DNA of 64,000 bases, from assembly GCA_965153455.1 (NCBI GenBank), contig OZ234493.1, positions 22,372,213 to 22,436,212 of the forward strand, in the 5' to 3' direction. Each line of letters opens with the position of its first letter. Within the stretch, counting starts at the first letter, position 1. This document shows, in pieces, positions 25,532 through 39,829 of the stretch. Position numbers and translations under genes: made by a program. Under the pieces are notes generated by a model. That model saw only the letters and a program-made list of their open reading frames with translations, did no database searches and was not told the DNA's origin. The stretch comes from Sphagnum compactum. Its lineage: Eukaryota.

Positions 25532-26507
25532 CGAGAATCACAAATGGTTTCACTATTGAATGGTAGTTCAAGTCTGTGAAGGAGCAGCTCTTATCTTGTG
25601 GTATTCGCCTGCACATTCAACTTCTAGAACTTAGTTTATGATCCCTAGGGAAAGAAAGGGACGAGACTGGATTGGACTGTAACTGAATGCACAAACACAG
25701 AAACTTTGACAAAGTCTGTGCTTTTGTTTGAATTTATTTCTGTGTGGAGGTATGAGTAATATATGACCGACAAGGGGTCAGGTAGCTGGGATGTGTAAGT
25801 CCATACATTAGGATGGGAGATGAGCAGCCATGTGAATGGAATGGCTTTGTTGTCCTACAATGATCAAGTGCTTAGATGATTGTGAGGTTTTGTCACCTGT
25901 CAATCTTCACCTGAGCACCAAAATTCCCCACATTCTAATCAGTTTTTGTAAGTGTTTCTTACTGGTTGAGCTTCTGTTCACTGGTTCCACTGAATGCTTG
26001 TAATTAGGTCATTTTTGTAGGGTGGCATTGTGGGTATATTTTGACGCCCAGCAGTATCCCGAACTTGGGCCCTTCTGCATTTCTTGGAGCTGTATCATTT
26101 GCAATTTAAGAAGCACATCGACCTCATGGACTTTGCCTTCCAAGACTTCAAAACTAATATTTGCTTTTTTTTTCCTAAGATAGTATGCCCTATAGCAATT
26201 GTCTGTGGAGGGTTGCAATTCAGGATTGAATACAGTAAGTGCATTCTTCTCTTCATGTTGATCTGTGTCTTCCAGCTTTCGCACTCTCTTTCTCAAATTT
26301 TCACTGTGTCTGTTTTTCTTCTTATTGTGTGTTTGTTTCCCCCCCCCCCTTTCTTTTCTCTATGTTTTCTCCTTCGGTATTGTTCCATTATCATTGTTAT
26401 GTTATTAGTTGCCAGCCAGTATCATAGCTGAATCTTCCTGTTGCTTCTGGACTTAGAAACTCAGCATGCAGGTTAGTGGTTACCTGCATACCCACCATAC
26501 GGAGATG

Positions 26508-26571
26508 ATGAAGGCAGTGGGTAAGTTGTGATAGATAAGATGAAGGCAGTGGGTAAGTTGTGATAGATAAG
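26508..26571. repeat. Perfect 32-bp tandem duplication
   Basis: ATGAAGGCAGTGGGTAAGTTGTGATAGATAAG occurs at 26508 and 26540. Confidence 0.95.
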
Positions 26572-29500
26572 TTGCTATCAGACGATACTGTTCAGGTGTT
26601 GATGGTCCTTGAACAAGTAAGAAACTGTCATTGTGTGTTTTTTTGTTTTTTCGTTCTAGTTTTGTCTTTTTTGTTTGGTTCTTTCTTCCCAGTCCTGTAC
26701 GTCCTTATCTGGAAGTGTTTCCTTGGATTAAAAGGAGAAGTTGGCTCCTTGTGTGCAGGCTTTATTAATCGTGAGCATGGAGATTTTTCAATTCTCATGA
26801 GACTTATCTCTCTTTCTCAATTCTCTTTTTCACTTTCGCAATCAGAATATGTGTGAATTGTTTAGTGGTGGTTTGGAAAACTGAGTAGTTAATGGGTCTA
26901 GTTTTGTCATCTTTGAAGTTGTGAGATTAGACACAAATCAGTCATCTGAATTACTCAACTTTTTGTTTCCTTCCTGTGTGTGGTCAGGCAAAGATCCCCA
27001 GCTCTTTGGTGATTTATGTTCTCAAAGATGTGAAGGACAAAATCTGAGGTGAAATCTGAAGTATGCTGATCAGAGATATGGTCTCTCCTGGACTCATACC
27101 CCTTCCTGCCCAGGGCACGCACCTTGTTACTTGCAAACGTCTGCCATAAGTTTTCTAGGGGAGGGCAGGTTCCAAAATGGAAATTCATTGAAGCAAAATT
27201 TTGTTTCTGTGTTTCTGGGCAGAGGGTTCTTCCACTTTTTGGAAAGATCTTCCATGGGGGTCTTCCATTTGTTGAGGATCATTGGGTCTGTTTAAATTGA
27301 AAGAATTTTTTTCGGCAGGATCTTTATGTTGGGTGAGGCTCTCAGACAAGGAAGGGCATTTAACCATGCTCAGCTGAGAGTCCCTTCTTTGGGTAATGCC
27401 CTTGTCCTTGGGCCTTAGCTTACACCGGCAATATATGGTGGGGTTTCCACACTTCAGATGCAGGCAGCTTTTACTAGTGTACAGTCCACACCAGGAGCTG
27501 CTATTCTGGTTTCGGTTCTGTAAGTACAACAATGCACACAATGAGAATTTTTCTTGGAACATGAAACCTGACATGTAATTAATCAGAAGATCTGCAACCC
27601 TAGACCAAGCTCAACAACCACAGATTCAGTGGATACTTCTAAAAGCAACTCATTAGCAGGCTGGGGTGAATGATAGTTTCGACACTGGTGAAGGTGTTTT
27701 GCTAGGAACCCAGTCTCCTGACCAAGATATGCAAAAGACAAAGGAGACGAAGTTAAGCTTGGCTAAAAAGAAAAAACACTATATTTATTGTCTGTTGGGA
27801 TTATGAAATTGTGAGAAGCTGAACCTTCAGTTACTGAACCAGAACTGAACTGGAACTGACCAACACTAGTGCAGACAGGGAGCTTTCTCCCCAAATATCA
27901 TCATCTGGGAGTACAAGTGTGGGACCATGAACCAGCCAACACTGGTCCAGATGAGTACCGTTCTCTCCCCATATATGAGAAGCTCTGATATGTATTCATC
28001 CAAATTGGCAAAGGAAGTTTCATGTGCATACCAATGCATCTGGACAAAAGGTTTTTTCCCAGTAGTCGTAGCACAGTTGAGGCTTATGCTAACCTGAAAT
28101 TTAAGAGGTAAATATGATGACCAATGGGTAGTATATGCCTCAGATCTGTCCACTAAGCTGTATTTCTACGCGGATGTATTGGAAACAACAATGGTTGGGT
28201 CCTTGCCCGTTGTTCCTTTTTCTCTCCCTTTCTTTGGGTGCTTTCGTTTTGTAAAGTTTAGCAAGATTTCATCACAATGGTGGCTTCAGCCTCCTGTCAA
28301 AGTTTCTTCCCGGCAGCATTAAACAATGTGTACAAACAAAACAATAGGTACCCATCATCATAAAAGAGTGTGGGTGACAAGTGACAACCCATGGCCAAAC
28401 AAAGCAAAAACAGAAGAGAAGAGGGTTGTGAGAGAGACCTAATTGATCATCATTAGATCATGAAAGTAGAAGCAAATAGGAAACACTGCTTTTCTTTTCC
28501 ATCAATGCTTTTCCCAACAGCCCTCCCACCTCCCCCAACCCACAGTGCAAAAAGAGTGATGATCATCATCAGGTCTTGAATGAAGCTTCCAAACACATGT
28601 TGTCAGCCATAGCAACTGCCCAGGACACTCTTATCATTAAAACTGTGGGGACACTTGGTTTCTTTTTTTCTTCTTTTTTTTACTCTGTGCATACTTGTAC
28701 ACCTTACACTTGGATGCCTACAACAAACAACAACAACAACAACAAAAATTATTTACAAGTGCCAATAAGTCCCTGGGGCCAATGGAGATGATGATGAGTA
28801 CAAATGATGGAGATGAGAAAAAGTGAGGTGAGGGGGAAGGGGAAAAAGAAAGAAAAGAAGAAGTTTTTGTGAAACAGTTCATTCGATTTGTAAAGTAAAA
28901 ACTGTATGTGAACAAAAAAGTGAACAAATATTTAGATCCAGACAAAAGGGAGCTGTGCTCCAACAGATGAGACCCAAGTATGCTAACTGACAAATAGCTG
29001 GAGCAGGCAGCTTTTAGTGCATGTACTGCTGCTGTAAGGTTGCCCAGAAGAGATTGTCAGATTCTCACTATAAGTTCCACCTTGTAAGGTCAGTCTATTT
29101 GTGAGGTGAGGGGGGGTTTTCTTTTAGTAAATAGGAGGACCCACCAAGCCGTTGTTGAGCTGATGAGCATGTTGTCTCTCACCTATTGTCACTGAGTGCC
29201 CAACCAACTGATCCAATATGTATGATAGAGTTTTTTTCAAACAAAATTCAGGTTCATATCTGCCATATCTTGCAGCAGCTTTGACAGTCAGATTCTGCAG
29301 TCCCATGCCCTTGCAAAAACAATATTATAAGCAAAACCCATTGATCTGTGGCTGCCGCAAAATCCAGATGAGACTTTGTGACATAAACCCGACCAACCAA
29401 GTTCAAAGTTCAAACCCACCCAAGCTCAGAGATTCAGTTTGTTGACAATGGAACAATTAAGGTTTTCTAGTTTCAACCATCATCTTTCTCAAACTTTTGT

Positions 29501-31305
29501 GAGAGCAAATTTTTCTAAGGATATCAGATTTTTTCTAACTTTTGTGTAGTTATCTCCTTTGGTAAGTATGTATGTACCACCTTGAAATTTGCTACTAGAC
29601 TCCAAATCGAGTAGTCGTCAATCAAACATGCTGACATATTAACAATGTAGACACTAAACACAAGGAAGGAGCAACCAAATCAAGGCCACAGCCAAAAGTA
29701 ATCAGACTACGGAACCACCGACCAGGGTGATTGCCAATGGCCATCATCACAAATGTCAGTGACGTGCTTCTACCAAAAAAAAAATTTGAACTCTTATTCT
29801 TCTCCACTCAACTTGCACTACAAAGAATTGAGTAAGCTTTTCTGCATCCCTTACTCAGCATTGATAACTAGGCAATTGTTGCATGAGCGGTCATCAATGT
29901 ACAATTCATTACATTGTAGAATTAGTGTAGTATTTGGTTTTTTAGCACCCATAAAAGAACTATTTCCAACACTTGGGTACTGAAGGAACAGGCATCCTAA
30001 AGTACATTATAATATCCCTATTTTGATATCCATGCTCACGGAATCGGCCATTTGAATCTACATCAAATAACTCAACCCATGTAGCTATCACAAAAGTAAG
30101 ATTTATGGCGTCCACAATATATTTGCTGCAGTTCTCTTGTTTGTTTCTCTTGATTGATGTCATATGAATCCATAGCCTCCTTTTATGTTGTGGAGGCGTA
30201 ACCCAATTTTACATAAGAGAAATGATTGCTCATTTTCTGACACTTTTTACCTGGCTTATATTTTTGTGAATGTTTTTAGTTAACCTTTACTCAATATGTT
30301 CCCTTCACTGGCTGAATTCTATTAGAATCAATATACCAAACCTACACTAATATAGAGTCTGGACACAGGGTTTGATTGTTCAGCTCCATACTGAACAACT
30401 CAGTTGTGGTGGGCTCATCTTCTACGGCTCAGTCATAATGGGTTTCCAATGGATGATGCACTAGTGGGTGGTGGGTCACAGAGTCCTTTATGAGACCAAA
30501 ACCAAGCCTTTAAACTTATTGCCTCCTGATCTTGCAAATCTCCAATGACATATAGCTATCACCAACCCAATGCTGCTGCAGTAAAAGGACCATTTGAACA
30601 AATATTGTATATTGTGTTGTGGACAGGTACTTGGGAACAAATTGCTTCAAGCCTACTTCTGTTCCAGCTAGAAGAGTTGTGTTTTCAGTGCAGGTGCAAT
30701 ATTATGACATTCTCACATCAAGCTAAAACATATCTTCATTGCGGAAATAACATTACCCATTTTGCAACTCATTACCAACATAATTGCCAAAGGAACGAAT
30801 GGGTTGTTGCTCCTGCCACCCCTAGAGTTTACCTACCCCTTGTGGTCTCTTGGAGAGCAGTGTGCTGAAGAAGAGAAGGAAATACTAAAAGGTGAGGAAG
30901 AATGTATCCTTCAAATCAAAAGACATCCAACTCGATCCCAATGGGTTAGTTTCACTCTGGTTCATCATGTATGATACACTGCATGTGGGTGTCTCAATGC
31001 ACCCTGTGCCACCTACAAGTACAATAAAATAGAGTACAAGACCGAGTGGGCGGTCCAAAAAGTTTTGGTCATTTTTCTCCCAGGCACTACTACTACTAAC
31101 TTGGTCAACAAAAGAAAGGCCTAGACCACCCCCACTCCCTCTCCTTGGTCATGCTGCTCGCTGGTAGAATCTTGCTCAGAAAACCAATATGTTTTGAGGG
31201 CATGTAGAAGAAAACCTTCAGTGTATTACGTCTAAGAATGTAAGTGTCAAAAAGAGAGACTATACTTACAGGAGGAGAAATCACAGTTTATGGAGAATCT
31301 TCTTC

Positions 31306-32921
31306 TTAAGTAGGGTTTGCTGACTGTGAAAGCTCTTTCCTCAACTTGCGGTTAAAGGGTTGACAGGCATCCACACTGAGGTCTACTGCTGCTGCAAGTG
31401 CCATAAAAACAGCTGCGTCTTCCACACATGCAACATGGCGCATGGCTAGCTGCACCAATGGCTTACTGCTTTTGCGGTCTCCTCGAATGGCACAACTCAT
31501 AACAAATCCCCCAACAACTGGAAGCCCCATGTTAAACGAGAACTCACCATTGCTGCTCACAGGACTATCCTTCCTTGGACTGTTGACTGGAGAAATGGCA
31601 GGGGAGACTTCTGGCCTGAAACGACCCGTGTCAATTGAAAACTCCCCTCCCTTCTGTGCAGACAAAACAGTCTCAGACATCAAAATGCCAGAAGCGACAC
31701 CTGCCACGCCACCACCTTCTGCTATCAACTGGAAGCGGCAGCCCACACTTTTACCACCACGCTCTCTCCAAGCCTCCAAGCGACCCCATGGTCTCCAGCT
31801 ATCCATGCCAGTGGGTTCAGGCCGCAAGATCAGCCAGGCACCAGGGTTGGACCTACTAACATAGTCTGAACCTGCCGATGGCACAAAAGGGGTGACCATA
31901 GATGCCGCAGCAACAGGAGAACCCGAAAGGTCATGTATCATGACAAGCCAACCCTTTCTCTCCTTCCTTCCTTTATCCTTCTCTCCAGTTGAAGAACCTG
32001 CCCATCCACTCCCAGAAGAAGAATCACTTTGCCCTACCCTGCAGCATTGTCCCAGAGAAAGAAACCCACAAAACACAAAATCAGGGAAAAGGAAAAAAAC
32101 GCCATTCAGGATGATCTTTGAAACCTAACTTGAAGGGTTTCACAAGTCTCACACATATACAAGCACAGCCATCAAAGATCCCCGGAAGAGAGACAGGAAT
32201 TGCAGCATCCACCCATTGCAGCATGTGCAGAAAGAAAGAAACACATACATGATCCAAGGGGAAGAAAAAGAAGATAGATAGATAGATAGATAGATAGATG
32301 GGTTACTGACCGCGACCTCGAACATCTGTCTCGGCTGAACTTGCAGCTGAAGATGGGTTGTTTGGTGTTCCCACGCACTTGTACAATCTGAGGACCCAAT
32401 GCAGTTTCGCCATCAAACTGAAAGAGATATCTAGGGTCAGCTTCCACTTTCACACTCACATGAAGCTCAGCTCCAGGCTTGCCTCCTTTGGCCTTCTCTT
32501 TGCCGATGCATATCCAGCCATTGTGCAACAGCAGTGGTTTGCCTTCCACCCATTCTGAGCCAACGGGGAGACGAAAAGTCCCCAGTTTCTGGCGTCCTGT
32601 GAACACCACCACCTCAAGACAAGGCAAGCTCCTTCTAGTCCTGGGTGTACAAGACGGCAGTAGCAGCTTCTCTAGTGCCGGCTCGTCCAAGTAGAAGCTG
32701 GCCGCCGCTGCCGCCGTGTTGTTGATCGTATCCGGGTCAACTGTCTCCGTGGGTGCGAACAAGGAAATGGGTACCTTCTGCACTGCGAAATTCGGCAGCC
32801 GTATCTCGCAGAAACAAGGCGTCGACGCCGCATGTACTCCTCCCCTCGACGCTTTGCTCGCCACTGGTATTCTTAACCCCAGTCCCCCCACCGCTAGCCT
32901 TACGAATGCACGCGGCTCCAT
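31306..32921 (-). CDS. DUF1005-family plant protein; two exons, 32921-32311 and 32038-31306, 447 aa
   Basis: N-terminus MEPRAFVRL. Family motifs PCFCEIRL, DPRYLFQFDGET, IFSCKFS, ERKGWLVMIHDLSGSPVAAASMVTPFVPS, SWRPWGRLEAWRE and EDAAVFMALAAAVDLSVDAC are present. Phase-2 intron 32310-32039 (CG|GTCAGT ... CTGCAG|G) keeps the frame, giving 1344 nt. Confidence 0.93.
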
Positions 32922-33001
32922 CACTGCATACTCTCAGTTCTCTCCTCTCTCGCGCTCTCTCTCTCACCACGAGCCTTTGTTCACAAGACCCACATCCCAG
33001 T

Positions 33002-33004
<3 letters not shown>

Positions 33005-33052
<48 letters not shown>

Positions 33053-33354
33053 TTTTCTCTCACACGACCTGCAGTCTTATACGCACTTCTGCAACAAACC
33101 CACTGCCACAAAATGTGCACAGCACCGCCCGAACACGTTTCTGCTTCTGCTTTCTGTTTCAAAATATTCACTCATCAACAAAGAAACGCACGCCCCTGAG
33201 ACACAAAATCTCTCTCGCTCTCTCTCAACGTCGGAACTCTTCGAGAAGTACAACACACCCACTTCTACTACTACTACTGGAGCACCACCCACCCACCCAC
33301 AAAAACCACACACACCTCTCTCTCTCTCTCTCTCTCCCTCTCTCTCTCTCTCTC
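33005..33354. repeat. Two (CT)n/(GA)n microsatellites in the 5' region of the DUF1005 gene
   Basis: Tracts at about 33005-33048 and 33316-33354. Confidence 0.9.
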
Positions 33355-33467
33355 TGTGCTGCTCTTGCCTTGCTTCTCACCTTACGCTTATGATGCACTG
33401 CTTCTTGCTGCTCCTGCTGCCGCTGCTGCTGTACTGGTATACCAACATTTCTAGGTCTGCAAGCTTG

Positions 33468-33475
33468 TTTTTATA
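33468..33475 (-). promoter_or_regulatory. Candidate TATA box of the DUF1005 gene
   Basis: TATAAAAA on the minus strand just upstream of the GA-rich putative 5' UTR. The call rests on position only. Confidence 0.35.
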
Positions 33476-36400
33476 CATCGCGGCTAAAGATATGAAAAAA
33501 GAAACAAAACACCATTTTTGTGTGCGTGTGTGCTTTGGGTGCTTCTGGAAATGCACTCAAAACGTGAAAAGTGCGAAGGACCTGGAGAAACAATGATACC
33601 CAAGTTCGTTTAAGTGTTGTGCCTTCTCCCTCTTCCCACACATTCACAAAAACAAAAACCAAAACCAAACCAAACCAAACCAAAACAAAACAAAACAGAA
33701 CAGAACTCCTTCTCGTCAACCCCAACCCCCTGGCTGTTTCCAGACAGAAAGAGAGACTGAGTGAGTTCCCTTTGCTTCCCTTTTCTTTTTGCTGCAAGCA
33801 AAAGGAAAAATGCGGAGTGCTGATTCTCAAAACGTAAAATGAGAGCAGACCAATTTGAAGATACAAGCAAAGCAAACCCAAGAGCAAACGTTTCTTCTCT
33901 TCTCTTCTCTTCTCTTCCCTTCTCCTCTTCTCTTCTCTTCTCTTCTCTTGTGCAAAACAAAACCGACGACGAGAATTGCGCAATACGAGGGACTTTCTGC
34001 AACCCCAAAGGAATAGACTGGAAAGAAACAGAAAAAAGAAGAAGAAGATAAGGGAAAGAAGAGTAAGAAGAAGAACAGAGTAAGTTACCAGTAGGCCCCC
34101 TCCCCCAAAAATAAAACATTGTCAGACAATTCAGACCTGCAAGTAGGTAGGTAGGTAGCCAGGCAGGCAGGCAGGCATTTAGGTAAGTAGGTAGGTAGGT
34201 AGGCATATAGGTAGGTAGGTAAGTAGTTAGAGACCTAGGTAAGTGGGTCTTTTTTTTTCTTTTTTTTTTATTTTTTATTTGTGAATTAAGTATGATTTTT
34301 TTTTTTAATTTTTTTGAAAAAATTTGGAGTACTTTCATGAAATTTTTGAGAGGAATGTTTTTCATTGGTTAGGGCTAACTACTTAGGGTTGGTATTGGTT
34401 CAGGTCACACCCGGCGGGTATTTTGGTAGTGGTGGAAGGTAGGTTGGTATTATTTGCTTCAGGTTCAGACCCAGCTGGTGTTTTGGTGTGGGTGGAAGGT
34501 TGGCATTATTGCTTCAGGCTCAGAACCGGCGGGTATATGTTGTTTTAGTATACTCAGCTTGTTGTCCATATGCTAAGTAGTCCCAACATTGGATTGAGCA
34601 AGTGTTGTTGTGTGGGTATTTTGTTTTTTTTTTTTGTTAATAACTATTTGTTCGGTCTTTTTTTTTAATTGTAAAAGTGAAGAATTCACCCACCCATTCA
34701 GGGTTTTTTTAAGGAAAAATCAAAATTAAAGATTCATGGGACTTTGGTGTTCTTAAAAAAAGCTCAAAGAAGTGGCAATTTTTATGAAAGAATTGATTAT
34801 CAATATTTTATTTTTATTTTTATTTTTAAAATTTTGAGACAGGTAGTGAACTGCATAGTATTCATGTCAAGTTCAACATTATCAATATTGAATAATGGTT
34901 TTATTTTGAAGCTTTTTCTACCCCAAAAAAATTCCTAAAAAAAAGAAAAATCAAAAAAAAATTTGAAATTTCCTTCACAAAAAAGTTTGTTCTTTGAGGA
35001 AAAAAAATATTTTTTTGGGAAAATTTCAGAAGTTCTTAAGATAACATAAGTTGTGTTGAAGTTGCCCAAGTTACTACACCCAAGTATCTCATGTCCTTAT
35101 AGTTCAACAACCAACACAAACTACTACTCTCAATTTTCATTTGTCTCTCCATGAAAGAAAATAGTAATCACTTATACCTTAAAAACACTTCATTGTGAAC
35201 CTAACCTAGGTAAGGACAATGGTATATAGGTTTTACAAAATTATTGATATTTAATCAAGATAAATGTAAATGATGAGATGATCTATTTACCTTGCTTATT
35301 ATACCTTACCTATGAGTGATGTTTTGCGCAAAATAATTTGCAAAAGGTTTAGTTGAAAAAAGGGAATTTTTGATTGATATTTGTCAAAATTGTTGAAATT
35401 TTTGTTTGTTGTCCCAACCATTCCATTGGGTTATTTTTACAAATACATAACAAAAGGTGTAATTTGCATAGTTGTTCATCGTATGTTGAGATTATGGGAA
35501 ATTATATTTGAAATAGCCTAACCTCATTTCCTAAAATAAATAAATATTTGACAAAGAAGTGTTGAACATCAGGTGTAGGTGCAATATGTAAAGGTAAATA
35601 TTTCATCATTTGCCTTATGTTCACCACATAGATCAAAATCGATAAACAAAGAATAAATTAAAACATTTCAAACATCCTAAAATGAAACCATTCAACACTT
35701 TAAGAATACATTTGAAGCATTCTTATAATGGTGAATGGTAGGAAAATATGAAAATATTTGATGATCATATGGTAAGAATCGTGTTAAAGTAATTTTGTAA
35801 TAATAAAATGTCAAAAATATATATATTTAATTTGAACAAATTTAGTATAATCATATGCATTGCAAAATATGAAAATGCACATATATTATGTAATAATTTT
35901 TCACATATATGATATATTCTATATCTACACATTGCAAGCTTCTTACTTTTCCCTTGATCACAATGAACCCCAAATATATATTAGTTTAGTAGAGTTTAGA
36001 AAAAAGGTAAGTTTGAAATATTTATCAATTACATAAGGTCGTTAAAAAGGTAGTTAATTTTTTTTACCAATCGTTGCCTCCATTTGACTTGGCTTTCAAT
36101 TTGCATTCAAGTTATTGTCATTGCTAAATATTGTATTTTGATTTTAGAAAAAAAAAATTTTAAATAATTTTCCAATGTTGTTTTTTACATTTATAATTTA
36201 TTTTTTAAGATTGTGATTTCACAATCAATAAAGTTGTTACAAAGTTTAAGATACAAGTTTGTTGTTCAATTTGTTTGAGTTGTGTGATTTCTCGCTCAAG
36301 TTTCCAATGTGCAATAATTAGTCTTTCAAGTCTAAGTTGAAAGAATTCATATTGCCATGTCAATTGCATGTTTAGTCATCAAAAAACTTGATGATCATGG

Positions 36401-37249
36401 TCTAATGTAATTTGAAAATGGTGATCTACCTTCCCAACTAAACTTAATTTTGTTGTTTTTTTTTCTGTCAAGTGGTAGATTTGTAACTATAGATACACCA
36501 ATAGCTCATGAACATGAAATACCAATAGCTAAATTGGTTGCCTTATGATAATAAGCATTTTTGGAACTCATGGCCCATTGTACACCTTGAACCTCTTATA
36601 AACCAAATGCCAACTAGCCCATCACATTTGAAAATGAATAGGTTTTTCATTTTATTTTATGTCATGATATATTTTTTGGGTGCTAATGTTTTATAAGCAA
36701 AAACAAAATGTCAAAGAGGTTAATTTCTTATCAAATAGATAAGAGGACTTTCAGCATGAAGAAACATCTTAAATGTGAACATATTGATGTTGTTTGTATT
36801 ATTTCAAATGGGAAGTTACATTACAATGCACTATAACAACTAATCCAACAAGAAGTAACCTTTCAAAAGTCGAAAAGTTATGCTTTCAAGTTTCATTTTG
36901 TAGTTTTTTTGGTTGTAGTTCATTGTACAAGAAAGTGAACTTGAGGCATAATAGACTTTTATTGATTATCTTGTATTACTTCTTATCACGAGTTTACTCC
37001 CCCACTAACCATTGTTGAAAACATTTAGATGAGGCATTTTGCTTGTGGAGAGACCCATAGGTGGTGTTTCTATCATGAAAAGCTTTGATAAAAGAAGTAT
37101 TATTTTCTTCGTTTTTTAGTGCATGCTCATAAAATTTGTATTACCTTATGTGAATGTTGGAACATCTATCACAACTATGTTTGAACTCTTGATGAACAAA
37201 GGTGCAAATGTTACATTTCTTCTTGTCATAAACCTTTTAACTTGGATTG

Positions 37250-38760
37250 GAAATTAAAACATGTGACAATAGTCTTCAAATGATTAGAATTGGTATTGCC
37301 AATCAATTGTGAGTTTCAATTCCAAAAAATAAATTTAATTGAACAAGATAATTTGTTATGTTAATGATGAAAAAACAAAGTTGTGTATCATGACACCTAT
37401 TTATAAGCAAATTGTGTCAATTGCAAGAAGTAGAGGATCATGGAAGCATTTGAAGATGTTTGTTTTGGTCATGCATTTTTCTCAAGCTTGGTTATATGAC
37501 ATTCAAGATGACAAGGGTAAATTGAGATTTACGAGTAGTGAATATAAAATATGTTATAATGTGACCAAAAAAATTTAACACAAGTAGGCAAGAGTGGAAA
37601 AAAAATTATGCAGATGCATATATGTAATCACATAAGTTAAGCACACATGTCAAAACATGGTTTGTTTCAAAAGGTCATGTTTTAACAAGCCTTACTATTT
37701 AAGGTTGTGTCCATGTTCATTATAATACAAGAAATTTGGCTTTGCAAGCTTGGATTTGAACTAAATAATGTTGTGCCATTACATAATTAAATTGTTTCAT
37801 TCATGTTGTCATCAATTACATCAAGCTATGTGTCCAATCAATAATGTGGTTGTTTGTTCTTTAATGATGCACTTGAACTTGCAATCACTTTCAACATCAA
37901 ACTCAATTGAAGGAAAGTGTTACCTTGGAAGTTTAAGCCCCTTCAATTTCATTTTAAATTGCTTATGTTAACAACTAGTTGTGTTAAGAAGTAATGTGAG
38001 TACTTGCCTTTTTTCTTATTTGTGTACATGAATTTGATTTTAAGAAAGTTCATTTGATCTTGGTTTTAATGGTTGACATCATATTCAAGGACTTATCTAG
38101 CATCAACAATTATGTGGGGAGAAAGAAAGTTATTTTGTAGCCACACAATATGATGAACTAAAACCCTAATTCCCCTTTTAATGATAATTTATAGGAGATT
38201 GAATGTTTTTGCAAATTTAACACCAAATGTAAATGCCACACAATTGTACATTAGCATTGTTTCCAAAGAACGTTATAGTTAAGCATAAATGATATCTAAA
38301 CCTTAAACCCTATTTTTTTTAAACATTGACTAAATACACATGCCCTACATTTTGTGTTTGGTTTTTTTTTTAATGTACCATAGGGTTTAATGTCCATCTA
38401 TTTTTACTTATATTTGTGATAGTATTGTAGGTGAAACATGAATTGAATTATTTTTTAAAATCATATTTGGTGCCAAAGTCATGTGAAGACCCATTGAAAT
38501 GGTGCAAAACAAATAAGGGCCAATTTCTTGTTGTTAGGTACTTAGTTCAACAAATCCTAAGTATTGTAAATAATTAAATTGAAGTGGAACAAATCTTTTG
38601 CATTGTTTGGATTTTGACAATGTTTTTTACATTCAATTCAAAATTTGAAATTTGAATAAACTTGTTTTGGTCCCAAGAATTAGCCCTATGACCCATGTTT
38701 TTGGTTATGAAAGATTTGCAACAAAATCCTTTGATGACTTTGGGGATATTAAAATAACTT
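37250..38760 (+). mobile_element. Decayed hAT transposase relic
   Basis: LNKIICYVNDE (about 37340) resembles IAYVKDEG. A dimerisation-domain relic EDPLKWCKTNKGQFLVVRYLVQQILSIV..IEVEQIF lies at about 38485-38620. Confidence 0.7.
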
Positions 38761-39829
38761 TATTGGAACATATGCAAGAGGAATTTGAAAACTAAGTACA
38801 CAAGTTTATTGAGGCTTCAAACCCATGATTCAATTTTTGCAACACTAGATCATATAGATGATATAGTATTGAATACTAGCAAGTCTATGCAATTTCCGTA
38901 ATGACTTTGTAAATAAAAACCAACTTTGTGAAATGATATTTATTACTTGATGACAACAATTCCAATTAAATTGCCTAGGGTGAACATTCTCAAAGACAAA
39001 TAGCCTAATGACAAATTTAGTTGTGAAAAGCTTACAAAATTTACTTTGCAATTGAGGCAAATAAAACACAACATTGATGCAATGTATTGGATGTGACAAT
39101 TTCTTCACTTTTTATGTGCAAATGATTTTTACTAGAAACACACACACATGCGGTGTGGATTACAACATGCAATTTTATAAAAAAAGGCGGGTAGATAAAT
39201 GGGAAAACATGTTTTAACAACAACGAACAACGCCAAAAACCACACACACACACATTGCAACCTAGCACATAAACTTTCATGTTGTAGCATGATTGTTGTA
39301 GCTTGCATTTTTTCTTTATTTTGTAAAACAATGTGGGTACACAAACAAGCAAACAAGGGTAAATGGGTCTTAATGCTCACAAAATTTTTGAAGATTCAAA
39401 AACTAAGTTTACTTGCTCATCAATTTTGTGCACTGACAAGTTCATCAAAGTGTTTCAGTTTATTTTTTCAAATGATGAATTATATTGATGAATTGTTACT
39501 CCATTGTTGCGCCAAGTTACATGACATTCTGACTTTGTAACTAACCACTAATATGAATCAATTAGTTGCATGCCTTTGTTTTGTCATATCATCATGGTCA
39601 TGGGATTACAAATAACAATTGAAGTTTAAAAAATTAAAATAAGCAACATTGTAAGCATTTATTACAAACTTGTTAAAACAATGATGAAATCAAAATACAT
39701 GTTTTTCCAAAAGTACTATACAATCCAAAAAGATTGGAAAGAATATTAATTACTTGAATTTTTTGTTGCCAAAAAAATATTCAACAAGAATTTTTCAAAA
39801 AGTGATTACAACTATGCATCCTCCTAAAA

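Noticed and set aside
32716-34365. Long ORFs of 144-251 aa around the DUF1005 promoter
   Set aside because: Low-complexity translations of microsatellites, or antisense shadows of the real gene.
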